A stretch of DNA of 64,000 bases, taken from contig CDROCS010001406.1 in NCBI GenBank assembly GCA_977020255.1, forward strand, positions 62,001 through 126,000. The letters are read 5' to 3'. Numbering within the stretch: the stretch's first letter is position 1; each line of letters starts with the position of its first letter. A program made the translations under genes and the position numbers. The stretch is from Obrimoposthia wandeli. Taxonomy: Eukaryota. The notes below the pieces were generated by a model. The model ran no database searches. It was given only the letters and a program-made list of their open reading frames with translations, and was not told where the DNA came from. This document shows positions 1 through 12,860 of this stretch, piece by piece.

Positions 1-46
1 GAAAAACAAAATACGAGTTAAAATTATTTTCAAAACATTTATTAAA

Positions 47-1730
47 TCAAACATAAAACACCATATTGGCTTCACTCAAAGTCCAAAAGGGCTGCATTTT
101 TCTGTCATCAGCAAAATATCCATTGAGACGTATTGAGATATTCCATAGTTCTTCATCTAAAATTGGAGCAATCAAATATCCTAGATCATCTCTAAAAGCC
201 AGACTGGGATAAGTTTCAAGCTGGAAATAATTTCCTTCATATACATAATCAAGAATGTAAAATCCCAAAATATTTTTAATTGATCAATATCAGATGTTGT
301 TAAATTTTCGATGAGATATTTATTCTCCACTTTAGATATTTTCACAGGATTCATAACTCGTATAATTTGATGCCTCTTTAATATATTACATAGTTTTCTT
401 TTTGAAATTCTTTCTGGATAATAAAAATTTTCTACATATCTCAGAAGGGAAACTGATTAAAAAGACAATGTTTATAAAAAAATACATAAAAGATAAAAAT
501 ATTATGAAAAATAAAACTGATTATTATTTGCCAAATAAGAAAACCGAATACAATTTATTACATGCAAAATGAGAGAAAAAAGTTAAAACATAGGGATATG
601 AGCACGATCAATTTTCCATATAGGTAACTTTGTTCCAATTTGATCTTTCTCGTAACCATAGAGTCGAATTGTTACAGTTCATTGCTTCTTTTTCTGAAAC
701 GCATCAACATCTATTTCTCTTCCATAGAAATGCTGAATCGGCTCCTCGGATATAAAATTCGTTCTTATTGAAAGTAAAATTTGGAACTGCCTTTTCAACT
801 TTCTGTTTAAGATACTGAAAATCTGGTTTTTGAATATTTGATAGATAATAGCTGAACTTTCTTCTTTCAATTGTCACAGGATTTACTAAACCAATCAGTT
901 GAGGCTTCTTCAAGAATCTGACTTCGTTTTTGAAATATTGTTTCACTTTTTCATACATATCCTTATCCGATTCTTCAAACATTTCTAAATCTTCATCACC
1001 GCTTAATATCCGTTGGCTATCGTCCATCATTGATAATTGTCTTTGATATAAATGCATTTATTGTGATTTGTCCTCCAATAGCGCATTCTTTAGTACTAAT
1101 TTCTAACAAAAACATGAATCCCATTGGTTAATATAACTAAAGCATTGAATTTTATTGGACTAAATCCATATAAAAAATTAAAATTGATTGGAATAAATAT
1201 ATAATCCAATTATAATAGGTTTGCAAGATAATTACAAGAAATATTTATAAAAAAGCAGGTTCAGACATATATAAAGAAGAATATACAGAATACAATTTTA
1301 GTCTAATGAAACTCGTAAATAAAAATTATAAAGGTAGAATAGACGATGATGCTTTTGTACTCACCATTCAATTTCCAGTGGTAAAGTTATGATTTTGGGA
1401 TTGAAAAATTTTGATTACCCAGACATTGTTGATTCGATTTTAGAAAATATATCTTATTACATATTGTTATCTTTTTTCTATAAACAAACCCGTTTAAACC
1501 TATTGTTTCAAATGAATAATACTATAAATACAGACAATGAAGTGAATTGTCTTGTCGACGAAATATTTTCTGGAAAAATAAAGGGTAAACAAATTTTATC
1601 AGAATTAAAAAATAATGATATAACAAGAGATAACATTGAAATATTGGTTAGATCACACGTTATTCGAGAATTTAGAAATCGAATACAAATAAATAAAATT
1701 ATAGCCAAATATTCATTTCATCTACAATAG
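47..1730. other. Degenerate uncharacterised ORF fragments, probably Polinton accessory genes
   Basis: Protein-like ORFs 47-268(-), 704-1057(-) and 1389-1730(+) lie directly upstream of the ATPase. No recognisable motif; assigned by position only. Confidence 0.3.
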
Positions 1731-1804
1731 CTCTAACATTGTACATTTCAATAAGGAAACTTCTATGATAATATAAACAATATTAAAATGAAAGAGTATA
1801 TGTA

Positions 1805-2431
1805 ATGGGGCTAAATAACAATGCTGAATTTCAAATAGTTGGTCCCAGTCGAAGTGGAAAGACATATTTCGTATGTAAATTGTTGCAAAATGAATCTCTT
1901 TTCAAATCTAGTTTCAAAAATATTTATTGGCATCATGGTGGAGGAGGGGAAAGCGGATTAACCAAAACAGAAGTTTGCAAGTTGAAAGGAATATAATTTA
2001 TTGAAGGATTTGATGCAAATTGGTGTGAAAGATTGAAAAAAGAAGATGTAATAATAATTGATGATTTGTATCAGGAAGCTAACAAGGAATCAGACTTTAA
2101 TCATTTATTTACAAAGATTGCAAAACATCATGAAGTATCAGTTGTATTTATCACTCACAATATTTTTCATCAATGAGGTCATCATAGAACAAGAAATGTT
2201 AATATACATTACTTAGTATTATTTAAAAATCCTAGAGATCAAACAGTTGTAGATTTTGTAGCCAGACAGGCATTTCCCCAAAATAAGACCTTTCTAGTTG
2301 ATTCATTCTATGATGCTGCTAAACAAGCACATGGGTATATATTTATTGACTTTACACAAGCTTGCCCAGATGATTTACGTGTTTTAACAGACATATTTAA
2401 TTCTAAGGGAGTAACTGTTTATAAATTATGA
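1805..2431 (+). pseudogene. Polinton/Maverick A32-like DNA packaging ATPase, disrupted
   Basis: Reading on in the 1805 frame through stops at 1994-1996 and ~2174 gives Walker A GPSRSGKT, Walker B VIIIDD, then VFITHNIF, HYLVLFKNPRD and HGYIFIDF, ending at TGA 2429-2431. These motifs are typical of Polinton packaging ATPases. Confidence 0.9.
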
Positions 2432-4802
2432 TTTTAAATAAAATGAATATTATGTTGAGTTTGAACATAAAATTAACTATTTTAAAAGTAGTAATATTTA
2501 TTAAATAATTAAATGCTTCATATATAATTTCAAACTACAAAATAAATATCAAGCATTGATTTTATTAACATAAGATTTATTTATCTGAAAAAGTGGTGCA
2601 CAGACATTTTATTTAAATTACCAAACGAATAAATTACTAATGAAAAATTTACAAACTTTGGGCTGTCATTTTAAGTAAAAAACATTTATACAAAATGTCA
2701 GAAAAAAGGTTAACGTATATGTTAGTATAACCTATATGCATAATTATAGAAAATTCTTCTTTCAAATACAGTTTAGTTTAAAATTTTTAATATTTGATAA
2801 AAATTAAACCTTTTTTTAATATTATAATTTTAATTGGTTATTACATGTATTTAGCAGTATGTCTTATAAATATTTACAACTTATTTAAAATTGATTATTT
2901 TAATATTCAGTGGTGCCTTTTTATGGTTATTCTCTTGTAAAGATAATAAAGAAATGGGAATTTAAAATTGTGGTAAAATTAAAGAGGTGCCCAATATACT
3001 CGGTTACACTACATATTTTAATCCATTTGACTAACAATTATTAAGTGCAGAATTTTAATCTATTGACTACAGAACTAAATATTATAAGTTCCAAATGATT
3101 AGAACGGAATGTCAATTAAATATTCAAATTGATGAATCCAATTTTCTCATTGTGATTACTGTTGTAAAGAGGAGTAATTATTGACTAATAATGACGCTAC
3201 AGATAGATAAATTGTTGATAATGACGGTTAGAATGTTACCATTGCAGTTTTGTTGGTGTCCTCATCCTCTTTTCTACCCGGTTTTCTTTTGGGCCCTTCT
3301 TCTTGTCCAATACATACACAAAGTCCAACTGAAAAGTGCCGTTGTAAAAATCAAGACAGGAAATTTATAATATACGAATAGGACAAAAATAATACATAGT
3401 AAAAAAAAACAACTAATGAAATCAGCATCTAACATAAATCAATTATACTATGAAAATTGTAATTATCTACTACACTTGACTCAACTTAACGATGTATGTC
3501 AACTGAACGATGATATCAGTTGATTATTGTGAATTATTTATGTGCACTTTTATTGGTTTTGTTAATAATTATTAGTGATCTGTATGATCAGAAGTTATGA
3601 AACAATAACAAAATTATTTGTCTATTGGGACTTTTAAGCCTAATATGCCCAATGACGGAAATAAATAAAAACGTAAGGTTACTGTTATTATTATTTAAAA
3701 AGCATCAATTAATCTCCTTAAATATTAAACCATTTTTAATTAAGACACAAACATATGTTCTATAATTCTATTTTATTCTAACAACATATTCAGGAGTATT
3801 GAGTTTAATATCATTTTAAGTTCACGAAACGTAATTTTTTTAAAAAATATGTCAATGTTCATTTCATGTATCCCCATTAGATTAAATTCTTTTTCTTTAA
3901 TAACAAATTCAGGCTACATCACATCAATACTTTGTTTGTGTGTGTCTGTATGCGTTTATATTATTATCACTATTGATTTGAAGTATCATTGTTGATTTTG
4001 TTGGTTTTTTTTAAACTTCTTGCTTAGGATCCTCATATGGGGGCCCCCAGCGTGAGTCATATAGCGGTAAATCTTATTGATGCTCTTGGCTTAACTGATT
4101 TATCTAGTCTGAAGGTGTTTATACTGTGTAGTTCTGCTGTGTACAAACAACTGAAATATCCCTAAAACTATTGTTTTGATGTTGGTTTAAAGGTAAAAGG
4201 TTGGGTCAAAGGTAGTTTATGATTCAAAAAGAGTATGGCTAGGCCTAGACTACGAAATAGTAAGTTAAAAGTTAGACGACTCTAGCTTGACTCCAACCTT
4301 CTGATAACAGTATAGGTTTTCATATAATAGTATATGTATCGTTCTGGTTTGAACTTGTTGTTTTGTATTGGTTTTTGGTACGTACTTAGGCTAGTTTTAT
4401 AGGATGGAACTGACTCTGTTAATATCGGTTTAAAGTTATTCCCAGGTTGAATTTGACAAAAGCATTAGGGAAATGCGGACTCGTTTTTTATCAATAGTAG
4501 CGACACTAACTCTGTTGATTATTACGAATGATTAATAGTTATTTGTATTAAATTGGAGGTTACGAAGAAAATGATTACTATTAGCTCAACAAACAATGAA
4601 TATACATTTATTAATTCGGGTATTATCAACAAAATAGTAGTTATGAACAGTATCTTTATGTTTCTCACTATCTATTATCTTGCTATAATTCTCATTATTT
4701 ATTATATTGTTATGATTCTCATTATTTATTATAAGTAGGGGGATATTTCCGGTCTAATCCCTCTTCACCAGGAGGTACCAATGATCTTTAAAACCATGCA
4801 TG

Positions 4803-5677
4803 TGTTAATAAAGTTATTGTTAAAATTAATCAAATTATTAAGTTGAGTTGATATAATTTATCTTCTGGAAATATATATTAAATTGTATAATTTTCTTGTG
4901 TTTCAATTATTCCAATAGTAATATAACTAATCTTCTTCTGGAAATATATATTAAATTGTATAATTTCAAAAATTCCAATAAGTATATATTTTTATTACAA
5001 TTGTTTTACACTATGAACTTGCTGCTTTAAGTCTGCAGTTTATATATCAAAAAGACACACACAGAGAAGGCAGAATGCATTTACGGAAAATCAGTCGATA
5101 CTGCACCATCTCTATTATCACATTTATGCAGACAGATTTTTCGCACACTATCAATGATTATTATTTGTCCCGTTCTCCATTCTTATCAGCCGAGTTATCC
5201 TTATTGAATCCGGACTGCGAACAACTGCAAATTTCCTGATCACCGTTTCTGCTTCATCTCTACAAGGACACTTTTAAATTTCCATCTAACACTAAGGAGA
5301 GACAGAAAAGGAGAAAACGGCCGCGACATCAGCAACAAGGGAGAGGGAGACAAACATGTAGGTTGATGTGCAGGAGAGAGACGCCAAAAGTCAATTTGGG
5401 GAGAAATCGTCTTGTCAGAAAGGGAACCAACAACACTGGCTGCAGGGGAAAAGGTCACAGCCGCGATGGAGCATGGACTGGCTGAGGACTTAGTACTGGT
5501 TGATCTGCGACCATGAGAGATGGCAGTAGCATGCGAGAGGAGATTGACCACAATATTTACTGGTCCCGCATACACACCCACACACTGCACCTGCGCAAAC
5601 AACATCCGTCTCTACGCCAGCCCTGTGTCTGAGTGCAAACCCAAAATTGCCGCTGTTAAATGCCAAAGTGCATCGCA
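4803..5677 (-). repeat. 3' LTR (LTR-A)
   Basis: On the + strand it runs TGTTAATAAA...AATGCCAAAGTGCATCGCA (TG..CA), with the same terminal motifs as 17777-18786. It is preceded on the - strand by the purine-rich GATTGAGGGAATT (PPT-like), has a TATA-like GATATATAAA, and contains a ~73 bp internal duplication (4861/4934). Confidence 0.65.
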
Positions 5678-5984
5678 AATTCCCTCAATCGCCCCTTAAT
5701 TAAGGGAACAATCAATCTCCCCAAAACAACCCTAACACAATAATCAAACGCTTTCTCATTCCCAACAATCCTATGGGGCAAACAAAGTCAGACCTCTGAC
5801 ATTTTTTAAAACAAGAATAAAAATAATGTCCCGTTTAGCATATAATTGTCCAAAGTGACTTTTACAAAAATAAATTGTTCGAGTCTGTTAATGTAAAGAT
5901 AAAAAATAAAACATTGATTTATACTTTGCATCCACAAGCAATAATACATTTAGTGAATTATGCATAGTAAAATATCTTACTAAT

Positions 5985-7112
5985 CTAAAGGTTGTCCTCA
6001 GAATCAGAGGAGCAAATGTCTACGACTTCAGGCAGGTTATCATTGGCAATGCAGGGGAGAGAGACTGTCAGTCCACATTCTTCTATTAGCTCTTGCTCTT
6101 TATGGAGGAAAATTTTTCGGGTCCATTGTGTGTATATGAGGCTAGAGTGGGTATTCTTTTGTATTTCTTTATTGAAATACCACGAGACCATTCGAGCAAG
6201 TCCAGCTTGTTCTTTACGGTTCATCTCTAATTGAATAGTTCGTGTTGCTCCTAGATCCACCATGTGCGAAAAATCGTTTTTCTGCAGTCCTAAAACTTTG
6301 AGATCGTTGGTTATTCCCGTTCCTACGAAAATGTTGTCTCTTAGCAAGGATTGGACGCGTTCTAACAGTTCGACAGAATCAGGTTGGTTTCTTAACTTTC
6401 GTTCGTTAAGACCCGTTATTCTTGTCACATAATTCCTGATTCTGTCTCTGCTATTGCATTTTGTATCCAAAACGATTTGTCCGCTTCTATTCATTATAGT
6501 AATGCTGGCTAGGGTGGGTTGTTTATTCATTTTTACTACCATTTCACAATCGACAAAAAATATTTGAGGATTGTTGGGGATGATATTCAAATGGCAGACT
6601 TGAATGGGTTTAGGTTGCACATTTTGCTCTATGAATAATATGTTATTTCCACCCGACAAACGAATCATCAAATCGGGAGTTATTTGATGTCTCATCAACC
6701 GGTAAGAGTGGTTTTGCAGGAGAAGGACAGAGAAATGTTTGCTTTTCTTGTGTTTTAAAAATCCACGGCCTTTTGCTACGTGAATCTCAATGTCCGTGCA
6801 TGTAGGTAAGAATTTCATCAACTCAAACAGTCTTTGTTCTGTTGGCTTTTTGCTATTTTTGTTGAGAATTATGCTTTGTCTTGGGGTGTCTCTTAACTTG
6901 ATGCTATTTGGAAGCTGGGTCTGATTGTCAAAAATCTTTATTCGTTAATGGTTATGGAAATACCTTGTTCCAAACTGCCTTATTTTTCCATAAAGGAACT
7001 TAGCCATTTTTGCCATTTCTGGACGTTGTTCTGCTAACTGGACTGACTTCTCTCTCTTACCCTGCGGCACAACCTGCCAGTTCAAATGAGGATTTGTGCT
7101 TGTGGGTTCCAT
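5985..7112 (-). pseudogene. DEDDh 3'-5' exonuclease (REX4/ISG20-like) carried inside the retroelement
   Basis: ORFs 6945-7178 and 5985-6821 are in the same frame, joined by 41 open codons and one TAA (6945-6947). Motifs: ExoI FVDCEMV, TRITGL, ExoII VGTGITNDLKVL, ExoIII THSSLIY (expected Asp is Tyr). The ATG at 7112 directly follows a polypyrimidine tract and CAG. Confidence 0.8.
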
Positions 7113-7546
7113 CTGTAGGGTATACAGATATAGTAAAAAAAAATGTTGATTTTTACATGCAAATATAAAAATTGTCAAATGTCTATCAAATGAAATGTTC
7201 CTGTCAGTTTATTTGTCTCTTTTTGTTAATCAAAAGTCTGTAAATCATTTTAGTCTTTTATGTAACAAGTTCAATCAAACAGGTATATAAATAAGATATA
7301 ATTTTTCATTCTTTAATACATATTCTTATTACTGGTGTTTTCAATATCAATATATACAATGTACATACTTATATAAATATATTCATTTCTATTTATTCTT
7401 AATTTTATTATCACCACTTCAACTAAAGCTAATGAATATTAATACCCATTCATAAACAAATTTCGTCTCCAAAAATATGCCATAAGCCCAAACTCATTCT
7501 CAATTTTCTTTTCTTTTATATTTTAATTTACTCACTGGGGATTTTA

Positions 7547-7855
7547 CTAATTTTCACACCCGGAATCATCACTTTCTCCCGGTTGAAATCCCATCAAACG
7601 ATTAATTACTGATCTCAATGATACAAGAGAGTTTAATGCTTCTCTGAGTCGTCGTACTAATAATTCCTGATTTGTTTGGCTATGTTATAATCTTTCAATT
7701 GCAACGTCAAAAGCATTATTCATTCGCTCACATTCTATTTCCTTGTCTTTCAAATGCGATCTCAGATTTATATTTTCTATCAATAATTTATTTTCCCATT
7801 TCTTCTGTCTCTTATATCTTCTTCTATTATTTTGTACTATTTTCGAATTTCTCAT
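7547..7855 (-). pseudogene. Small basic/coiled-coil accessory ORF (102 codons, one internal stop)
   Basis: Manual translation: MRNSKIVQNNRRRYKRQKKWENKLLIEN...AIERL*HSQTNQELLVRRLREALNSLVSLRSVINRLMGFQPGESDDSGCEN*. The frame stays open across the single TAA at 7685-7687. Confidence 0.45.
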
Positions 7856-8469
7856 TTTCTAAAATGTTAATAAGTCTTAAGCTCATATTTTACTATTTTC
7901 TATTTAAACTAAACACATACGCACTTTCCTTTATCTACATTAAAATTACTTTATTTTATGATTAGTTTTTATTTTAGTATTTCAATTCATGTATTTCTTT
8001 TGACAATTTTATAAAGATTTTTTTCTATTTTCTGTTTATTGTTCTCAATTATTGTATTCATTGATATGTTAGATGAATTTGAAGAGCCAGGTATAATGGA
8101 TGTCATAAATGGGCCAGGTGGTTCACAATATTTAGTCCGATAATGTTTTTTGAAAATTGTGTTATTTTTTTACTTTAATAACCTTCCATGTTATTTTTAT
8201 GATTAACGTAAAGATTTCAATCATTATGATTTTTATAAAAATTTCCATGTTATTTATATTTTTTGAGTATTTTTGTTTACTAAAGTGTATTTTTAGACTT
8301 TCATTGAATGATTTATAGGGTATTGTTTTTGTTGTTTTTAATTGTTTGTTAATTGTTTTATTTTCTGTGATATTACTTTGATTTGTAATTTCATAAGTCT
8401 TTGTTGTGAATGTTGTAGTATGTGGTATTTGTTTTATGGTTGTTTCTTTGATATATTTCCTAATTGTAA

Positions 8470-9260
8470 TTACTGACCATTGGCCACAAAAAATCGTATT
8501 TTATTTTTATTTCCAAAAATCCTTAAGTTTGTTAGATCTTTACAAGTCTCAAATTGTTGTCCCCATTGTCTATACATTATTGGTTTGTTAGTAATTACAC
8601 ATTCTCTATTATCCAAAATTATTTTTTCTGGATATCTTATATTTTTTATAGTGATATTTGTTCTGATTTGTGTTTTTTCTAATTGTTTTTCGGCGTCTTT
8701 CCAAAAATGATCATTATGTCCTCTATATCTAATTCTAATGAGGGTTTTATCAAAATTATCTATTTTAAGTTGAAATTCCCAATTTATCATGATTTGATGT
8801 TTTGTTATATATTTTGCTGACGTTTTTAATATTGAAGCTAAGTATAAGTGAGTTTCTATAATTCTTTCATAGAGTGTTATATTTTTTAAATTCGACTTAA
8901 CTCTTATTTTGTATTGTGTTTCTGTTCTTAAAAATGGTATTATATAATTTTTTGATTCGATTTTGTAAATATTTATTATTTGATTTTTTTCAGATTGTAT
9001 TATTTGAATTCTTCCTAATTTTTTTTTGTAAAGAGTGATATTTTCAACTTTATTGATGTGATTTCAGGTATTATTGTAATAAGTCCAAAATTTTTTATGA
9101 GATGTGTTGATGAGTCGTATCTATTTATTTCGTCTTTTACTATTAATTGATTTTCATTCAGGTTTATAGCGTTTACTTTTATTAGGTTACTTTTTACTGC
9201 AACATATATTACTAATAACATCATTATTTTACATATTTCTTTTATTGATATTTTTATTGT
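8470..9260 (-). pseudogene. Degenerate ORF at the env position, starting with a signal-peptide-like segment fused to the integrase C-terminus
   Basis: The pol ORF continues past the GPY/F motif into [25 protein letters not shown]..., stops next to an A-run at ~9020, and protein-like reading resumes in 8470-8790 and its upstream frame. Confidence 0.45.
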
Positions 9261-12200
9261 ATTTCTGGTTTGATGACTCAAAATAGTTTTGTTTTGTTTT
9301 TGTGAGTTTTTTATTGTCAACATTTGTAGAACTGTATTATCATTAGTTGATCTTAAGTTATATTTGTGACTTTTTACTTTTGTATTCTCCTCAGGTATTT
9401 CTCGACATCTGTTTATATGTGCTCTTATTTCTTTTGATTTTGATTCATTATCTAGTTTAGCTGTTATGTTGGTTCCGTTGGTACTAATGACTGTATATGG
9501 TCCTTTGTATGGTTTTGATAATTTGTGAGACAATCCTACATTAATTTGTGGATTGTGAATCATCACTTTACTTCCACTTTTTATATTTGATGGCTTAGTT
9601 CTTCTATCATAATATTCTTTGTAATTTTCTTGTATGTTTTTTACAAATAATTTAGCTTTTTCAAATGCTAGTTTTATTCTTTCTCTAATTTCTATTTTGT
9701 ATTCAGGTATTTCTAGGTACTGTGTAGTAGGTTGTAGTAATGTTAGATCAATAGGCATTTGAGGATCTCTGAGGAACATAAGGTAAAAAGGTGTTTCTCC
9801 AGTAGATGCATGTACTGATGTTCTATATGCAAAAAGGCATGGAGGTATATGTAAATCCCAATCTATTTGGTTGTTGTTTGTATATGATACCATCATATAT
9901 TCGAGGGTTCTATAAAATCTTTCTACTAATCCATCGGTTTGATGGTGATATGGTGTTGTATTAATCTTTTTTATTTGAAAAATTTCAGCTATTGACGCTA
10001 ATACATTATTTATAAATTCAGGACCTTTGTCGGTTAATAATTTTCGGGGTGCACCGAAAGTAAAAATAATTTTTTCGACTAAAACCTTCGCGATGATTTC
10101 AGCCTTATGATCATGTGTTGGAAAAGCCTCTGGCCATCTTGTAAAATAATCAGAAAATACTATTATATATCGATTTCCTCGGGGTGTTTCAGGTAATGGT
10201 CCCATTACATCCATGGCAACAGTTTCCATGGGGGCTGATGGATAAGGTATTGGCTTTAAAGGTATTTTTGTGGTACGTAAAGTATTTTTCCGTTTAAGAC
10301 ATATTTCACATGTTTTACACCAATTTTTTACATCTTCTTTCATGTCAATCCAATAGTATTTTAAATTTAATCGTGAATGTGTCTTTTTTGATGATAAATG
10401 TCCTCCTAGGGCTCCATTATGATATTGAAGAAGTAATTGACACTGAATTTCTTTAGGAATAACTAGTGAATATAGATTTTTGTCATTTAAATAATATAAT
10501 ATTTCATTACTATATTTGTATCGTGATTCGTGAATTTTTAAATGTTTTCTTAATTTTTCATCTGTTGGTACTTCGTTTGTGCTAATGTATTTAGTTATTT
10601 GCTGAATTTCATTATCTTTGCTTTGAAGTTTAGTTATTACTTTTTCATCATATTTAGCTTGAATTATTGTAAAAAGATTTAATTCGATGTCATTTGCAGT
10701 TATTTCGTTTATTTCTTCTCTTATTCGTGATAGACAATCTGCATTAGCGTTAGATTTTCCTTTTCTATATTTTATTTCAATATCATATTTTTGTAAAATC
10801 AATGCCCATCTCATTAATCTAGATGTTGTATCCTTATGATTTAAAAGCCATTGTAATGGTCTTTGATCTGTGTAAACATAAACCTTTCGACCTAATAAGT
10901 AATGTTTAAAATGTTCCATTGCGAAACAAATAGCTAGGCATTCTCTTTCTATAGTTGAATAATTTATTTCATGTTTTTTAAGACCTCTGCTCGCATATGC
11001 TATCACATGATCTTTTTCGTTATTTTCCTGTTGTCCTAAAACTGCTCCTAACGCATAACCACTGGCGTCAGTCATAACTAAAAATGAGTTATTAAAATTA
11101 GGATATCTAAGTATAGGTTTTTCGATTAGTTTTTGTTTTAAATATTCATAAGATTCTTGTTGTTCTTTTTCCCATTCAAATTTTTCATCTTTTTTAATAA
11201 GTTTATTTAATGGTATTGCTATTTGTGCGAAATTTCTAATAAATCTTCGATAATATCCTGCAAGCCCTAAAAATTCCTGTATATTTTTTACTGTTTTTGG
11301 GATTGGAAAATTTTTAATCTTTTCTACATTACTCTCGTCTGGTTGTATTCCTTTTGCTGATACAGCATGTCCTAAGTAATTTACTTTATCTTTTATCCAT
11401 TCACATTTCTTTGGTTTTAGTTTTAATCCTGCTACCTGTAATCTTAAGAATACGTTTTCTAAATCTTTTAAATGTTCTTCAAAATTTTTTGAAAAAATAA
11501 GAATGTCATCGATATATACCATTACGTGATCTGCATCCATTAAAATATGGCTCATACATCTCTGAAATGTTGCTGGAGCTCCGGTTAATCCAAATGGTAA
11601 GACATTGAATTCATACAATCCTTCTCCTGTTGAGAAAGCTGTTTTATATTTATCTGACTCCTCAATTTCTATTTGCCAGTATCCACTCTGTAAATCCAAA
11701 GTTGTAAATACTTGTGCATTTTTTAGTTTGTCTAATATTTCATCAATTCTTGGCAGTGGATAAGTATCTTTGTGAGTGACTTCGTTTAGTTTTCTGTAAT
11801 CTACGCAAAATCTCAAAGAACCATCTTTCTTTTTACTAAAACAACAGGTGATGTCCATGCAGAAAAACTTCTTCTAACAATTTCATTTTCTAACATTCCT
11901 TTTATTTGTCTTTGAGCCTCATCTCTGTAGGCATATGGAATTCGGTAGGGTCGTTGTTTTATTGCTGTGTTTGTTGTTAACGGAAGATTATGTTTTATCA
12001 AATTTGTTCGACCTAAATCGTATTCATTTTTAGCAAATATTACATCATATTTTTCTGTTAAAGTTTTAAGTTTTGATTTTTCATAATCATTTAATTTAAT
12101 ATCGTTAAAATTTATCGTAGATTTATCTTCTATTTTTTCATTATCTATTAATTCAATATTTTCAATAACACTTATTTTTCCAAGACGTACTCCTTCCTTT

Positions 12201-12860
12201 AGATGAATTTCATTAATGTCTGCATTTAGGATTCTGATTGGTATTGTGTTGTTTTTTATTTTACAAATTATATTTGGCAAAACGTAGTTCAAGGTTTCTT
12301 GTTGATATTTATAAGGTTCAAATAATACATCTTTTTCTGTGATTATGTTAGTTTCTAGTTGTAACATTGTTTCTGTTCTTGGTTGGAGAATGATATCTCC
12401 TTTTATTTCTAACTCGTATTCATCTTTGGCGTTAGGTCTGTAATGTCTTTTATTTGATTTTTTTCAAAATCAAAGTGGAAATTATTTCCTAATCTTCTTA
12501 ATGTATCTATTCCTATGATCATTTGGCAAGGACAATTTTTCATTATTCTTGTAGGTATTTTTATGAATTTATTTCCTATTTTAAAAAAGACAGTCTAATT
12601 TTCCTATTATATCTACGGGTTGACCGTTTGCTGCTGTGACTTGACTATTTTCCTTAAGAAGAAGTAATTTTTGTTGTGTTTTTAAGAAAGATTCGTCTAA
12701 AACTGTTACGCTTGATCCTGTGTCAATTAAAGCTTTAAGTTTATATTCGTTAATTTCTACCTTTACATATGGTCGTTTATCGTTATCTTTTGATTTATTG
12801 TATATATTGTTGGTGCAGTTGATTTTTGTATAGTTGTTTTATCTATATATTTTTCTAAAT
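9015..12860 (-). pseudogene. pol: Gypsy pol (aspartic protease, RT, RNase H, integrase), frameshifted
   Basis: PR ALIDTGSS (DTG at 12716-12724); [39 protein letters not shown]; RNase [26 protein letters not shown]; IN H-H-C-C, MDVMGP, TDKGPEF, GLVER; GPY. Frameshifts near 12590 and 11830. Confidence 0.97.

Noticed and set aside
3180-3360. GC-richer patch encoding GPKRKPGRK on the minus strand
   Set aside because: Too short, with no supported splice partners or ORF.
4102-4113. 12-mer ATCTAGTCTGAA shared with the gag start (16564-16575)
   Set aside because: Many 12-mer matches are expected by chance in 64 kb, and no extended alignment is visible; too weak to call a second gag leader.
5040-5677. 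Possible hammerhead in LTR-A (CTGAGGA near 5481)
   Set aside because: No stem II followed by GAAA and no stem III/NUH on either strand.
5240-5678. ORFs 5240-5605 and 5490-5678
   Set aside because: They lie in the GC-richer part of LTR-A, have no protein motifs and non-ATG or arbitrary starts; probably chance ORFs.
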